64,000 nucleotides of DNA from positions 9,920,001 to 9,984,000 of the forward strand of contig JBHGNT010000021.1 of NCBI GenBank assembly GCA_043228905.1. Reading direction: 5' to 3'. A program made the position numbers and the translations under genes. This DNA is from Azolla caroliniana. Taxonomy: Eukaryota; Plantae; Polypodiophyta. Under the pieces are notes generated by a model, which worked only from the letters and a program-made list of their open reading frames with translations, was not told the DNA's origin and made no database searches. The first letter of the stretch is position 1; every line of letters starts with the position of its first letter. This document shows, piece by piece, positions 37,636 through 49,915 of the stretch.

Positions 37636-40266
37636 CTGCTCTCACTTTGCATGAAAATTAAGCAACAACAACAAACTGTTTGCCCTAAGTCATATTTATA
37701 CACATATGACTTTCGGGCTTATTTACAAATGTAGCCTCAAGGGCCCTTGGCAGACATATTCACAAATATGTCTCCGCATCCGGATCTCTCTCCGGGTACA
37801 TACGTCATCCGGCTCCGTAACCGGGGTCTTCAGCATCCGGCTCCGTAAACGGGGTCTTCAGCATCCGGCTCCGATACCGGGATCTTCAGCATCCGGCTCC
37901 GTAACCGGGGTCTTCATCATCCGGATCCGCAGCCGGGTACTCTTCATCCGGCTTCATGCCGGGTACTCTTCATCATATGGTTCCGTAACAGCCTCCGGGC
38001 TTGCCGTCATTCATCTCCGGACATCCCATCCGGAGGGACCGAAATCCCAACACTCTGTTCAGTCCGGTGTGGTTGACGTTGTGTGTCCATGCTGCAGACT
38101 GCGGGAGTGGCTTTGTTTAACTTATTGTATTCACATTGGTCGACTGTGTGAGCCTTCGAGTGGCAGATTGGGCAGTGGATTCGCATATTGCACTCCACTG
38201 CGGAATGCCCTGAGTTCCAGCAAATCGTGCAATGGATTGCTTGACGAAACTGGCGTTCCTCGTCCTGAGGTAACACTTGTCGTAAGGAGGACATAGAAAA
38301 CCTTTCCTCCTAGTCATCCAACTCGAGCGGTAACGCTCGTTCAATTACCATATCCGTCGTTTCCCCTTTCATGCTATTGTTGTTGAGCGTTGCCTGGATG
38401 GGCTGGCAAAAAGCTGCCAGAAATGTTTCCCGAGCCTCGTCCTCTGCGGGGCTCCGTTCCAGTTTCCGTTGTAAATTTTGGAAACGTAAGCTGAAGTCCA
38501 CTATCGTCTCGGTCGGCAGTTGCTTAATCGTATAAAACTGTCCGAGGATTTCGCGTTGTGGAACCCTCCGATGGAAGAATCGCAAGAAAGCGGACTGCAG
38601 CTGATCGAAGGTTGTTATTGCTGGTAAATCCATCTGTGAATGCCAAAACGCCGCTCACCCATCTAATGTTAACCCAAACTCCTTCATTTTCGACTGGTGT
38701 GCTACTGCATCCGAAAGGCTCTGCGCCATGTGGTTCACATTCCAGACATTCAGGAACATGCGAATACGAGTTGCGGCGTCGGTCTCGCCGTTAAAGCGGG
38801 GGTAGGCAAAGGCCATGGTGGGGGCTACGGCGGGTCAGGAAAGACCACCGGGTGGCTGTGGTGAGCGTAGTCTTCGCGTCTCGTCGAGGTATTTAGAGAG
38901 TGAAGAATCACCTTTGTACTCACGACAGGTAGTACTGAGGTTGCTGAGGCAAGGCTTTCGTCGTGCGCGTTCTTTTGCCTGGCGTGTGACGGACCTTGTT
39001 ATTGGTCGGTCTTGTCGTGTTGGTTCTCTGGGGCGTCTATGGCTAAACATCCATTCGTCGTTGCTCGTCTGTGAGAAGACACAGATCACCGAGCGTGCCA
39101 AAAGTGTTGCCGATTAGGAACACGGTCCTCGGTCAGTCCTTCGACCTAGACCTCCAAGTGGGTGTGGAACAACGAATAGGCGTCTAAGGGGGAATGTTCC
39201 CTCGAACCTATCAGCGTATAAGGGGGACGGCTATAACCGAATCCTTAGCAAGGGTTACACTTATGTTCTTACACGCTCAGGTCTTCAAGACACACAGTGG
39301 ATTAACCGTAACTATACACAGAGAATCAGAGAAGATAGAATTCTATTATGATATGTTTCTTACATTCCCAAAATTACACGCTCCGTCTATCAGAGGTTTT
39401 TTGCCTTTTATATACGCAAGGTCTATTTAGCCGTTCACGCTTCCTGCGTGAACCGTTACATGCGTTATGATCTTATATTATTTCTTATTCCTACGCTCTT
39501 GTCCGTCAGTTACTATTCCGGCGAACAACACTTATACCTCCTTCCGCTCCTTTTCGACCCTTCTGCTTGATCTTGTTCACCTTCCGCCACTGTTAGTATC
39601 TTAGTCTTATGTTGGATCCAATGCCGACCGCCGAAGTCTCTAGCCCGGTGTGAGGTGACCCATAGGACTGGTCTTCGTTCTTCGCTTCCGGATTGGTTAT
39701 CTGGAAGTCCGCTCCGCCCGGTTCTCGTCCGAGGCCACCGACCCTTTTAGTGGTGTCGGTGGAAAGCATCCGCTCTATGATCAATCAAGCCCCTCCTGGG
39801 CTTGATTCTCCAATGTACGGAGTTTCGGCTCCGATGCCAATCCCACCAGACTCGTTCTGTACTCTCGATCATCTTCTTCCCGATTCCCGACCTTCGCTCG
39901 ATCGGTCTTTCTCCCCATGTAAAAGAGGGCAGCTCGTCCTGCACCCTCTCCCATATCGGCACCTTCATACCGAACCCGGCCCCTTTCGATCGGCTCTACT
40001 GCCTCTCCCTTGTCTTCCGTGTCTCAGGCTGGTTTCGGTCGAATGATCCACATCCGGATCGTGCTCCAACCGAATCGGAATGCTGACCAGTTCGATCCTC
40101 GGTCGGGTCGACTTCCAATTCCGCTCCCCTCGGTGCCGCCTCTCATCTCGTCCTTCTTCTCTGTTGCGGCTCCGTCCTCGATCTCCTCACAGGCCATTTC
40201 CCATCCATCTTCGCTGGCATCGTGCCAGGACTCCTCGCTGGCGCCTTCCATCTCTCCGGTCTTATG

Positions 40267-41259
40267 TCAACACACGGGCTCGACTACCAGAGTCCCTGGA
40301 ATCTGCATGGAGGGATCTTCTCTGCTCCCGACCTCCTCCTCAACCGGCCTTTCTCTGCAAGTCGAGAGGGCGTCTCGCTCCACACCCTCTCCCGTGGTAC
40401 CGTCGTACCATTCTTCTGCCTCTGCCTGGGCCATGTCTGCCTTGTTCGGAAGGCGAATTAGCTCTGAGTCTTCGGAATCTGCCCACATGCTAAATCTCTC
40501 TTCTTCATCGACCATCACCTTCAGAGCCTTGTACGCTTCCCAAACCAAGGCTTCGACATCGAGCTTCGCCAGTCCTTCTTGTTGCGTGCCTGCTTCCTGT
40601 CGTGATGACACGCCTTCACGCGTTATCTTCCCTTTGCCTTTTGCGGACCGCTCCTCATCCAACCGTCAACATACTCGTTCGACTTCCAACCAGTCCTCAG
40701 TAAGGCCATTCGCTCTGTCGTCGTCTTCGAGCTGAATCCCGATGGCCTTCCGTTCCGCTTGGTCAATCAACCTAATGAATAACAGGACTTTGTCCACCCC
40801 CACTAGTCTTTGATCCCACTCCGGGAGCCGAGTAAATCAACACTCGAACTCCTTGAACACCTTCATTGCGGCCCAATGGGTCTTTGCCGATGCTATCCAT
40901 TGGTCGAAATCACACTTTCCTCGGCTTTTCGGACATCCTCCATATGCCTGTAGGAGCACCTCTTCGAAGGCCTCCCACGAACTATAAGCTTCTTGGAGCT
41001 CCTTTACTTCCGCGTGGATACGGACGACAACGACCCGACAGAAGAACTCCAGTCTCAATGCCTCATCTACACTTCTCACCTCCATTTCTACGTTGTAGGC
41101 TTCCAAGTAGAATGGGACTTTGTCCCCATTGAAACGGCCGACTCTTTTGACCACTCGCTCAATAGCTCATTGGGTTGCTTCTTGCCTCATCACCACTCGT
41201 CTGAACTCCAACACCACTTCGGCCACCATCTCCGCGAAGTCATCGTCTTCCGACTCCAT
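40267..41259 (-). pseudogene. Element D Gag (capsid-like part plus acidic low-complexity tail)
   Basis: MESEDDDFAEMV...VGRFNGDKVPFYLEAY...DKVLLF...GLTEDW, homologous to C/E Gag; several premature stops; no knuckle, protease or pol recognised in the ~3.1 kb own internal region. Confidence 0.78.
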
Positions 41260-43036
41260 CCTCCCTTGTTGCCCTTCACGTCGGGTTCACCAAAGATGTC
41301 GCGGTATTCCGCGAGTATGTGTTGAAAGGGGCGGGACCACAGGGGGTCTCGGACAAGGAAGAGATGGATGTTGGGAGATCGACCCTCTCCAGTCCCGGCT
41401 ACACCGCCTGTGGTGCAAACAGGAACGATTCCGGACGTGTACCGGAGGCTATCGAACACGAGAGAGAGAGAGAGAGAGAGAGAATATGTGCAACACCGAC
41501 TCAACGCACGCTACTTATGTACAGAAAAGGAAAGAAGAAACTCCGAAGACGCAGACACAGACATAAATGCATAGAACTTCTCTATATATGTACAATAGTA
41601 AGATACAACTTGGGCTTCGAGCTGGACCAAGGTAGGTAGGTTAGGTTACAACAGCAGTCTGCTGCCAAGCTGCCGATCGGGGAGCTCTCAAGCTCGTCGC
41701 GCCGAGCAGGGTCCTGCACAAGAGACAGGGCAGAAGCCTAAACCCCTTTAGACATACGAGCTCCTAATCGGACTAAACCCTATACATAAAACAAGAAATT
41801 AAGAAGAAGAAAGATTATCATACCTTGGACCTAATGGTATACCCTCCTAACTCAAAATGGGCAACCTCTTCATAAGAGACCCCTCCCTTCCTTTTATAGC
41901 CCAAGGACGGAGGGACGTTACAATGTCGGATAAATTCTCCCCCTTATTCGATACACCATTTCCCTACTATACATGTGCACATGTTGCACATTGCCGACTT
42001 GCCCATTCCATCCCTACTTCACACCAAAGCCGGAAATCTTCACTACAACGTGTCGCGCCACGACTTCTTCCATCAACCGCTTCATTCCATTGTGCCCGCG
42101 CATTCTAGAGGTACACCACGTGGCTCCTAAGTGCTTCTACAAAATCCACGCACTCCTTTTGGACATGTCCGACCGCATCACACCACATACATCGTTGGTC
42201 GACTGGAGGCTTCCGGTCACGCGATTGTCCTCTATTGTCTCTCCGTCTTTGTCGCGCAATTGTCCTGCGCGATCTGGAGATCACGCACCATTTGTGTCAG
42301 CTCCTCTAGAGTTGATGCTCTGGATGGTCCCTTGACCACGCCGATCGGGGTCAAGTCCGACTCAAGCCAGCTTCGAGTCTCTTCCTTTCACGCCAGCAAC
42401 GACTCCTCGAACTTCCTTACCGCGATCGGTCTCGTTGTTGACGAACCCTCGTCACTCCACTCGCACCGCTTGTCGAAACAGATGCAGACTCTCTATACCA
42501 CAGCCCAGTCGATCGTCAGCCCGTCATCCGTCTCTAGTAGGAGACACACCTGCTCTCGATCCTGCATGTCCACAGACTTGACGAATAACAGGACCGGCTC
42601 ATGTCAAGCATAGTCCTATCTAACGCCGAGAGACGGGCAAACCGTCTCACGAACTCTTGGAGGAGCGTTGACGTGTTCCTCCCTTTCCCGGGGTTCTCAA
42701 CCCATTCCATGAATTCCCGCTTCGACAGCCAAAGCGAGTCATCGAACCCGTACTTCTCGAGGAGCCGCCCTTTGAACTCCTCCCAGGTCTGGCAACCAGC
42801 CTACACTTCGAGCACCTCTGCGTGGATGCCCGGTGTCACCAACCGAGGGAATTCGGTCAGCCGCCTATTCTCCAGGATGTTCCTCATTATCATCCTGGCC
42901 CTATAGGTCGCCAGATAACTTGTAGCGTTCTTCCCTTGGAACCGGCCTATAATGCCGACAATCGATTCAATGGCCCTGTCAAGGGCACCTGTACCCTCAC
43001 GAGCGTTCACTAGTTGGTCAACGGCCACCACCATGG

Positions 43037-43270
43037 CTTTGGCGAGTTCGGACCTGTTGAGCGGCAAGCTCAACCGGAGCCGGATCGGCTGAATAAGCCG
43101 GAGCCGGTAAGCGAGATGGATTGGGCGAAACGGATCGGTATGACGGTGAGCAACTTTGGCGAGTTCGGACCTGTTGAGCGGCAAGCTCAACCGGAGCCGG
43201 ATCGGCTGAATAAGCCGGAGCCGGTAAGCGAGATGGATTGGGCGAAACGGATCGGTATGACGGTGAGCAA
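43037..43270. repeat. 117-bp tandem duplication spanning the left insertion junction of J
   Basis: CTTTGGCGAGTTCGGACC|TGTTGAGCGG...GGTGAGCAA occurs at 43037 and at 43154. Confidence 0.95.
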
Positions 43271-46200
43271 CCGAACCGGCAAGCAGTGGAGGCTGGGTGC
43301 AATCCGTAACCAGCAGTCCAATCGGAAGCCTAGTATAGGATAGACTACTAGGTAGCTATAGTCTCGTAGTAAGTATCAGATGCTCGTGTGAGCATTGAAG
43401 TGCATGGTACTTCTGTCAGTCCCAAGAGGACTTGTATAAATAGTGCTACTTAGCACAATGTGTATATAGAGAGTCTTAATATAATTTTGAAATAGCGTTC
43501 TGCTCTCTCTCTGTCTCTCTCGCTCTCTCTCTCTCTCTGTGTTGTTCTCTGTTTTACGCTTCTGCAAACAGTTACGTTTACATGGTATCAGAGCGCGAGG
43601 GTTGAGAACCTCTGCTGCAGACATTTACTCTTGAGAAGAAAACCCTAACAGGTCGAAAACAGACACAGTAGAAGACATGGATAGAGGCATGGCTACGTCG
43701 CTCCCGGTGGAGAAGCTCGACAGGAGCAACTACGCATCCTGGTCTTACAAGATGCACCAGTACCTGCTTGGACACGGGTACTGGAGTTATGTCGAAGGAG
43801 CGAATGATGCGACGCCAGACACGGCACACAAGGACTTCCCGGTATGGGAACATGCGGCAAGCAGGGTGATCTACTGCTTCGCGTCCAGTGTCGGCGATCA
43901 GCTGCTCAGCCACATCCGTGACGCCAAGACACTGAAGGATGCTTGGGGGAACCTGAAAAAGGTTTTCGCCGCAAGCACCACTGCCCGGAAGCTACAACTC
44001 AGACAGGAGTTGAGCAATGTTCGACAGAAGAACATCTCCGTGGCAGACTACACGGGCCGGATAAAGGAGATCTGCGACTCGCTCGCCTCTATCAATGTTA
44101 CCGTAGAGGAAGACAAGATGGTGCAGGTATGTCTCGGAGGCCTGGCGTCCAAGTTCGGAGCGTTCCGGACTGCGGTGTGTACAAGGGAGAATACCCCCTC
44201 ATTCTTCGACTTACAGTCGATGCTCCTTGTAGAGGAGAACCACGCCGGTGCATCTACCAGTGCATCCCTGGACAGCCGAATGTTGTACACGGGAACGGAT
44301 CGGCTCCGTCGGCGTGGTGGAAGAGGTGGGTCGGCACGCGATGGAGGCGGCCGGCAAGAGCAGGAACGGAGGCACTATGAGCGTGCCGACAGCAATTCCG
44401 GGACTTCCACAAGCAGGGGGGGTCAAGGCGGTGCCGAAGGCCGGCAAGGCAAATCCGCTACGGAATGCTGGTACTGTGGCAAAAAAGGGCACAAGGAAAG
44501 CGAGTGCTGGAGAAAGCGTGCCGATTTGGACAAATCCGGATCCGGCAAGACCGGTAAGGATGGCCAGCAAAACTCGCACTATGTAAACGGATCAGGAGGA
44601 TCCGGAACCGGAAAGGCCAGTAAGGGGCCAGCCTTGGTGATGAATCACAAGGCAAACTCAATGAAGAAGACCACTTCCAAAACGGAGGAAGTGTGGTATG
44701 TTGATTCCGGCGCGTCGAACCACATGACGAGCCACAAAGAGTGGTTCTCCTTTCTGGAGAAACCGGATCAACCAGGAGTAGTTGAAACCGGAGACGACAC
44801 TCCTCACCCAATCGTGCACGTCGGAGAAGTCCCTCTAAGCCACGTAGGACAGAAAGGGAAGCTGATGAACGTATTACACGTTCCGACAATCACGAAGAAC
44901 CTGGTGTCCGTCGGTCAGATTGTCGACCAGGGGATGCAGGTGCGGTTTACGCACCTCGGGTGCTTCATTGAGGATGAGGGCGAAGTCATTGCGCAAGGGC
45001 GCAGAGACGGGAGGATGTTTATCCTCGATACCAATGACTTTGGCACCGCTCTGTTCGCGAAACGACAGAAGGTCGAGTCGGACATCGACCTGTGGCACAA
45101 GCGGATAGGCCATGTCAACTACCGGAGGCTTCAAGACCTGCAAACCAAACAAGTCGTTTTCGGTTTGCCGAAGTTCAGCGGCCGGAGAGCCGAAATTTGT
45201 GAAGCCTGCCAACTTGGGAAGCAACACCGGCTTCCATTCCCCACCGAACGGAACCAGAGCCGTAACAAGCTCGATCTCATCCATTCGGATGTGTGGGGAC
45301 CGGCACAAAGTGTAAGCCTTGGCGGGAGCCGATACTTCGTCTCCTTCATCGACGACCATACTCGACATACTTGGATCTACCTCATTGAGCGGAAGAGCGA
45401 AGTCTTCGACTGTTTTCGGAGCCTCCAGAAGATGGTGGAACGGGAATCGGAGAGGAAGATCAAATGCCTTTGGTCGGATGGCGGAAAGGAATATTTTTCC
45501 GGCCAATTCACTAGTTATCTGCAGCAGAAGGGAATTCGGCGAGAATTCAGCTGCAGATACACACCGGAGCAAAACGGTGTGGCCGAAAAGAAGAACCGGA
45601 CACTCGTCGAAGCGGCAAGGACAATGCTGGAGGAGAAGAGCATGCCCCGGTTCTACTGGGCGGAGGCGGTCCAGACGGCCGTCTACATACAAAACCGCAT
45701 TGGTGACAAGGTGTCAGCTCATGAGCTGTATTTCGGGCGCAAGCCGAACGTCAGACACCTTCGGATATTCGGCAACATAGCGTATGTGCATGTACCGGAT
45801 CAGAAGCGGAGAAAGTTGGATGCAAAATCGGAAAAATGCATCCTAGTCGGCTATGCTCAAGAGCAAAAGGGATATAAGTGTTATAATCCCCGGACGAAGG
45901 AAGTCCGAGTTAGCCGGGATGTCGAGTTCGATGAATCGGCATCCTGGTACTCCGTACCGACTCCGACTTCCGATCCCGACCCAATGTCGGAAGATTAGGC
46001 CAATGAGCCTGAATCAGCCCTGTTAGAGGATGATGAAGCCGGGACTCAAGATGAGAGTCCGGAATCGTTACGGTTGAGTGGACCGAACGAGCGACTGAGT
46101 CGGTTGGACCAGTCGGATGAAGAGACGGCAAGTGGTGGAGACTCTGCCGTGCTCTCCCTGCGCAAGGAACCGAGGAAACGGTTCACGCGCAAAGAGAAGG

Positions 46201-49022
46201 GGAAGATGAAGATGCCGGAATTCGAAACCGGCAATGATGAGTCGGATCGGTGCGTATCCGACTCCGGAAAGGAGAAAGGCAGATCTTCGGCAACGAAGAC
46301 CAAACTGGCCAAGAAGGGCCTCAAATCAAGTGACGGTGCGTTGCGCCGATCAACCCGTCAGAAGGACCCCGTCGTGCGGTACGGGTACAATGAATACATG
46401 GCGCATCATTATGCGTACATGACTAAGGTGACAGAAGTGCGTGAGCCGGAGAGCTACGCAGAAGCGGCAAGGGACGCAAATTGGCGTGCCGCTATGGACG
46501 AAGAAATGCGGGCACTCGATGCCAACGAAACTTGGGACCTAGTTGATCCTCCCCGTCACTGTAAACCGATCGGATGCAAGTGGGTGTACAAGGTCAAGTA
46601 CAACGCCGACGGTTCTGTTAACCGGTACAAAGCCCGGTTAGTGGCGAAGGGATACGCGCAGACCCACGGAATCGACTACGACGAGACCTTCGCTCCTGTG
46701 GCGAAGATGACGACGGTTCATGTGGTACTGGCGGTTGTTGCGGCAAGGGGGTGACATCTTCACCAGATAGATGTGAAGAACGCCTTCCTTCAAGGAGAGC
46801 TTGAAGAAGAAGTCTTTATGACTCAGCCCCCCGGGTTTCAATCGGAGATGAACAAATTGGCGGTATGCCGACTGAAGAAGTCGCTTTACAGCTTCAAGTA
46901 AGCCCCCCGAGCTTGGAACGCGAAGATCACGCACCGGTTGCGTAAGCTGGGGTTTGCTACCTCTAAGTCGGACTCTTTGTTGTTCATCCGGCAAGGCTCT
47001 GACGGTCCGGTATGTATACTCTTGTATGTGGATGATTTAGTCATCACCAGACCGGGTCTTCCCGAAATCAACCGCATCAAGTCCCAGTTGTCAGACGCAT
47101 TCGAAATGAAGGACCTAGGGGACCTTCATTATTTTCTTGGGATCGAAGTGATCCGGACCCCCGACGGCATATTGCTCTCACAACGACATTACGTGTTGAA
47201 TATGTTGTATAAGTTCGGCATGACGGATTGCCGACCTGTCTCCACACCCCTGGACCGGAACCAGAAGCTCCGTCCCAACTCTGGACCGGCCTGCAATGAG
47301 AAACGGTTCTGACAGGTTGTCGGAAGCCTGATCTACTTAACCATCACCCGACCCGACATCAGCTATCCGGTCGGCATGGTAAGTCAGTGCGCGCAATGAA
47401 TATTACGGTATGTCAACGGCACTAAGGATCGAGGACTGCTATACCGGCGAGGTATACCCGAAGAGCTTGTTGGTTACACAGATGCTGACTGGGCCGGCGA
47501 TGCGTCTGATCGCCGCTCCACTTCCGGATACATGTTCTCCATAGGTAGCGCGGCCGTTGCGTGGAGCAGCAAGAAGCAGCCCACAGTGGCTTTGTCAAGC
47601 ACTGAGGCTGAGTACCGGGCCGCTACCGTAGCCACTTGTGAAGCCATCTGGCTTCGGCGACTGCTGTGAGACTTGCGGATCGAGGTACCGACCCCGATCC
47701 CGATTTACTACGATAACATGAGCAGCCTGCAGCTCGCCAGGAACCCTGTGTTCCATGCTCGCACAAAGCACATCGAGGTGCACTACCACTTCGTGCGTGA
47801 GCGGGTCCTGAGCGGTGAAGTTGACCTACAGTATGTTCATACGGATCGGCAAGTTGCTGACATCTTCACCAAGCCGCTCGGATCGGACAAGTTGCAGCAC
47901 TTTACCGACATGCTTGGTATTCAGCATCTCGATGTGCCGCACTTGAGGGGGAGAAGCAAGGGCAAAGTCTCTACCGAAACGGGCAAAGGCCAAAAACCTG
48001 TTGAATCCGTCGGTAAGAGGAGAGCCGGAAGAAGAGGAGACAAGAAGCTGAAGGAAGCCGAGTTGACGAAGGAAGTCGACACATCTGAACAGGTCAGAGC
48101 AAGCGGCTGTGAAGAAGAGTTGTGCACTCAGGAAGAGAAGCGCATGCTGTGCGGAGGTCATCACGACGGTACTGACCATGATACAGAGTCGAATGAAGAA
48201 TTCGATTTCGGTTCACCGGCTGAAGAAGCCGAGGGAAGCATGGAGAAGGCCAAGACTCGGAAGTGGTCCGATGTGGTGAGAGGCCTGACGCCGGAAGTCG
48301 AATCGGAGTGTACCGATTCGGACAAGAGCTGGAACGAGTCGGAGACAGCTGACTCGGATCAACAGATGGATCCGGATGAGGCGGATCGACTGAAAGCCAA
48401 GGGGACACGGACACAGCGGAAGTCGATGCCATCGTGGGAGAACCGACGGATCGACAAGCGCCGGAGTCACAGTAACGTGAGTGCTAAGATGGGCTTATTG
48501 AGCAGACATGCCGACTGAGAGGGTCGAGGCGCGCAGAACCAAAGGGGTCGCGGCAAACGAGACCGGACCGGACGAGGAGCGCGAGCAAGGCGGAGTGACG
48601 CCAGGAGAAGTCGGTTGGAAGAACCGACTGCCACAGAGGTCGACACTACGACCCCACCTCAGGTTGAGCTTGAGGGGGAGTGTTGAGCGGCAAGCTCAAC
48701 CAGAGCCGGATCGGCTGAATAAGCCGGAGCTGGTAAGCGAGACGGATCGGGCGAAACGGATCGGTATGACGGTGAGCAACCAAACCGGCAAGCAGTGGAG
48801 GCTGGGTGCAATCCGTAACCGGCAGTCCAATCGGAAGCCTAGTATAGGATAGACTACTAGGTAGCTATAGTCTCGTAGTAAGTGTCAGATGCTCGTGTGA
48901 GCATTGAAGTACATGGTACTTCTGTCAGTCCCAAGAGGACTTGTATAAATAGTGCTACTTAGCACAGTGTGTATATAGAGAGTCTTAATATAATTTTGAA
49001 ATAGCGTTCTGCTCTCTCTCTG

Positions 49023-49086
<64 letters not shown>

Positions 49087-49129
49087 TGTTGTTCTATGTT
49101 ATACGCTTCTGCAAACAGTTACGTTTACA
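43055..49129 (+). mobile_element. Element J: Ty1/copia; 5' LTR 43172-43582 (partial extra copy from 43055), iMet PBS 43583-43594, PPT 48670-48680, 3' LTR 48681-49129
   Basis: TSD GGACC (43050-43054, 43167-43171 / 49130-49134); similar LTRs; copia polyprotein. Confidence 0.95.
43677..48518 (+). pseudogene. Element J gag-pol pseudogene with a charged C-terminal extension
   Basis: ORFs 43677-45998, 46074-46754, 46938-47312 and 47673-48518, separated by point stops and a small deletion near 47385. Confidence 0.92.
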
Positions 49130-49915
49130 GGACCCTCTCATCTTCTAACTCCTCTACCGCCTTGATTCACGTTGGGTTCACCAAAGATGTCGTGTTGTTA
49201 CGCGTGCGATTAGGAAACTAAGGCGGGACCGCGGGGGCCCTTAATCGAGGAGTGCGCGAAAGTAGAGAAGGAGGAGAACGAATGCGATGGACCCACAAGT
49301 ATTGGTTGCTGGCAAGCACCGTGCTCAGCGGGTCAGACGAGAACACAATTACGCGCGAGTTAGACAAAGAAGCGCGCTCGATCGGTTACAGAGACAACAA
49401 TAGATTAGAGAATGTCACAATAAAACAAGGATACCACTTCCCAAGAGGAATCGATTACGACTAACAAGTGATTACAACCTTTTTGATATTACAATCGGCA
49501 CGTTGGTGACCAACCAAACACATCCACGCACTCACACATAGCCGAGTTACGTAGTGGAGCCTCTACCGGAAGCACCTGGACTTTCCTCGCGAGCAGGGCA
49601 TCCGACCAAAGTCCTTCAGAGATCACACAGAAACAGTGCTTGATCCCCAATCCGACAATACCTCCCCCTTTCCCCCCCAAAAAACGCGATCCCCGCTAAT
49701 CTTTCTCTTGTGCCTCTTATAGGCCGACAAGGGAGGACTGTCACATCTCCCGTCACATCATCCTTATTCTTTGTCCCTTCGGGCAGAGATGCTTCGATTT
49801 CCAAGATATGTTCTATCTAATCTATTTACATCGCGTTGACCTATTCTTAGCTATGTACAAGTTATTTTAATTCTGTGCGCCTATGTGTACGCGTCGGTTC
49901 ATGCGCTCTGATCCC

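Larger units (their letters stand above)
32480..38052 (-). mobile_element. Element G: intact, very recent Tnt1-like Ty1/copia; 3' LTR 32480-33206, PPT 33207-33218, iMet PBS 37307-37318, 5' LTR 37322-38052
   Basis: Perfect TSD CTCTG; LTRs look identical by eye except (TC)22 vs (TC)24; uninterrupted polyprotein. Confidence 0.97.
31751..39050 (-). pseudogene. Element F gag pseudogene in two pieces (39050-38053 and 32479-31751), split by G
   Basis: YPRFNGETDA, FDQLQSAFLRFF and three CCHC knuckles (CTICWNSGHSAVEC, CPICHSKAHTVDQC, CFICQQPGHYAT*C). Confidence 0.85.
17675..39530 (-). mobile_element. Element F: non-chromovirus (Athila-like) Ty3/gypsy; 3' LTR 17675-18003, 5' LTR 39105-39530, tRNA-Arg-type PBS 39087-39100; hosts G and H
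   Basis: Perfect TSD CTTAT (17670-17674/39531-39535); PBS TGGCACGCTCGGTG; gag-PR-RT-RH-INT order. Confidence 0.92.
11955..42047 (-). mobile_element. Element D: non-autonomous gag-only relative of C; 3' LTR 11955-12693, 5' LTR 41297-42047, Trp PBS 41276-41292; hosts E and F
   Basis: Two collinear but visibly diverged ~740-bp LTRs; PPT-like TTTTGTGGGGGTGGA next to the 3' LTR; 4-bp TSD GCGT/ACGT whose removal restores the C reading frame. Confidence 0.85.
10866..49141 (-). pseudogene. Element C gag-protease pseudogene in three pieces (49141-49135, 43054-42052, 11954-10866)
   Basis: Homologous along its length to element E Gag-PR (GRFQGKNATSYL, GLT.DW..V, knuckle, DHGSE.N); stop TAG at 10868-10866. 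Confidence 0.82.

Noticed and set aside
49164-49183. tRNA-Trp-like sequence (also 16063-16080 and 41276-41292)
   Set aside because: Only the last ~18 nt including CCA, adjacent to LTRs: these are primer-binding sites, not tRNA genes.
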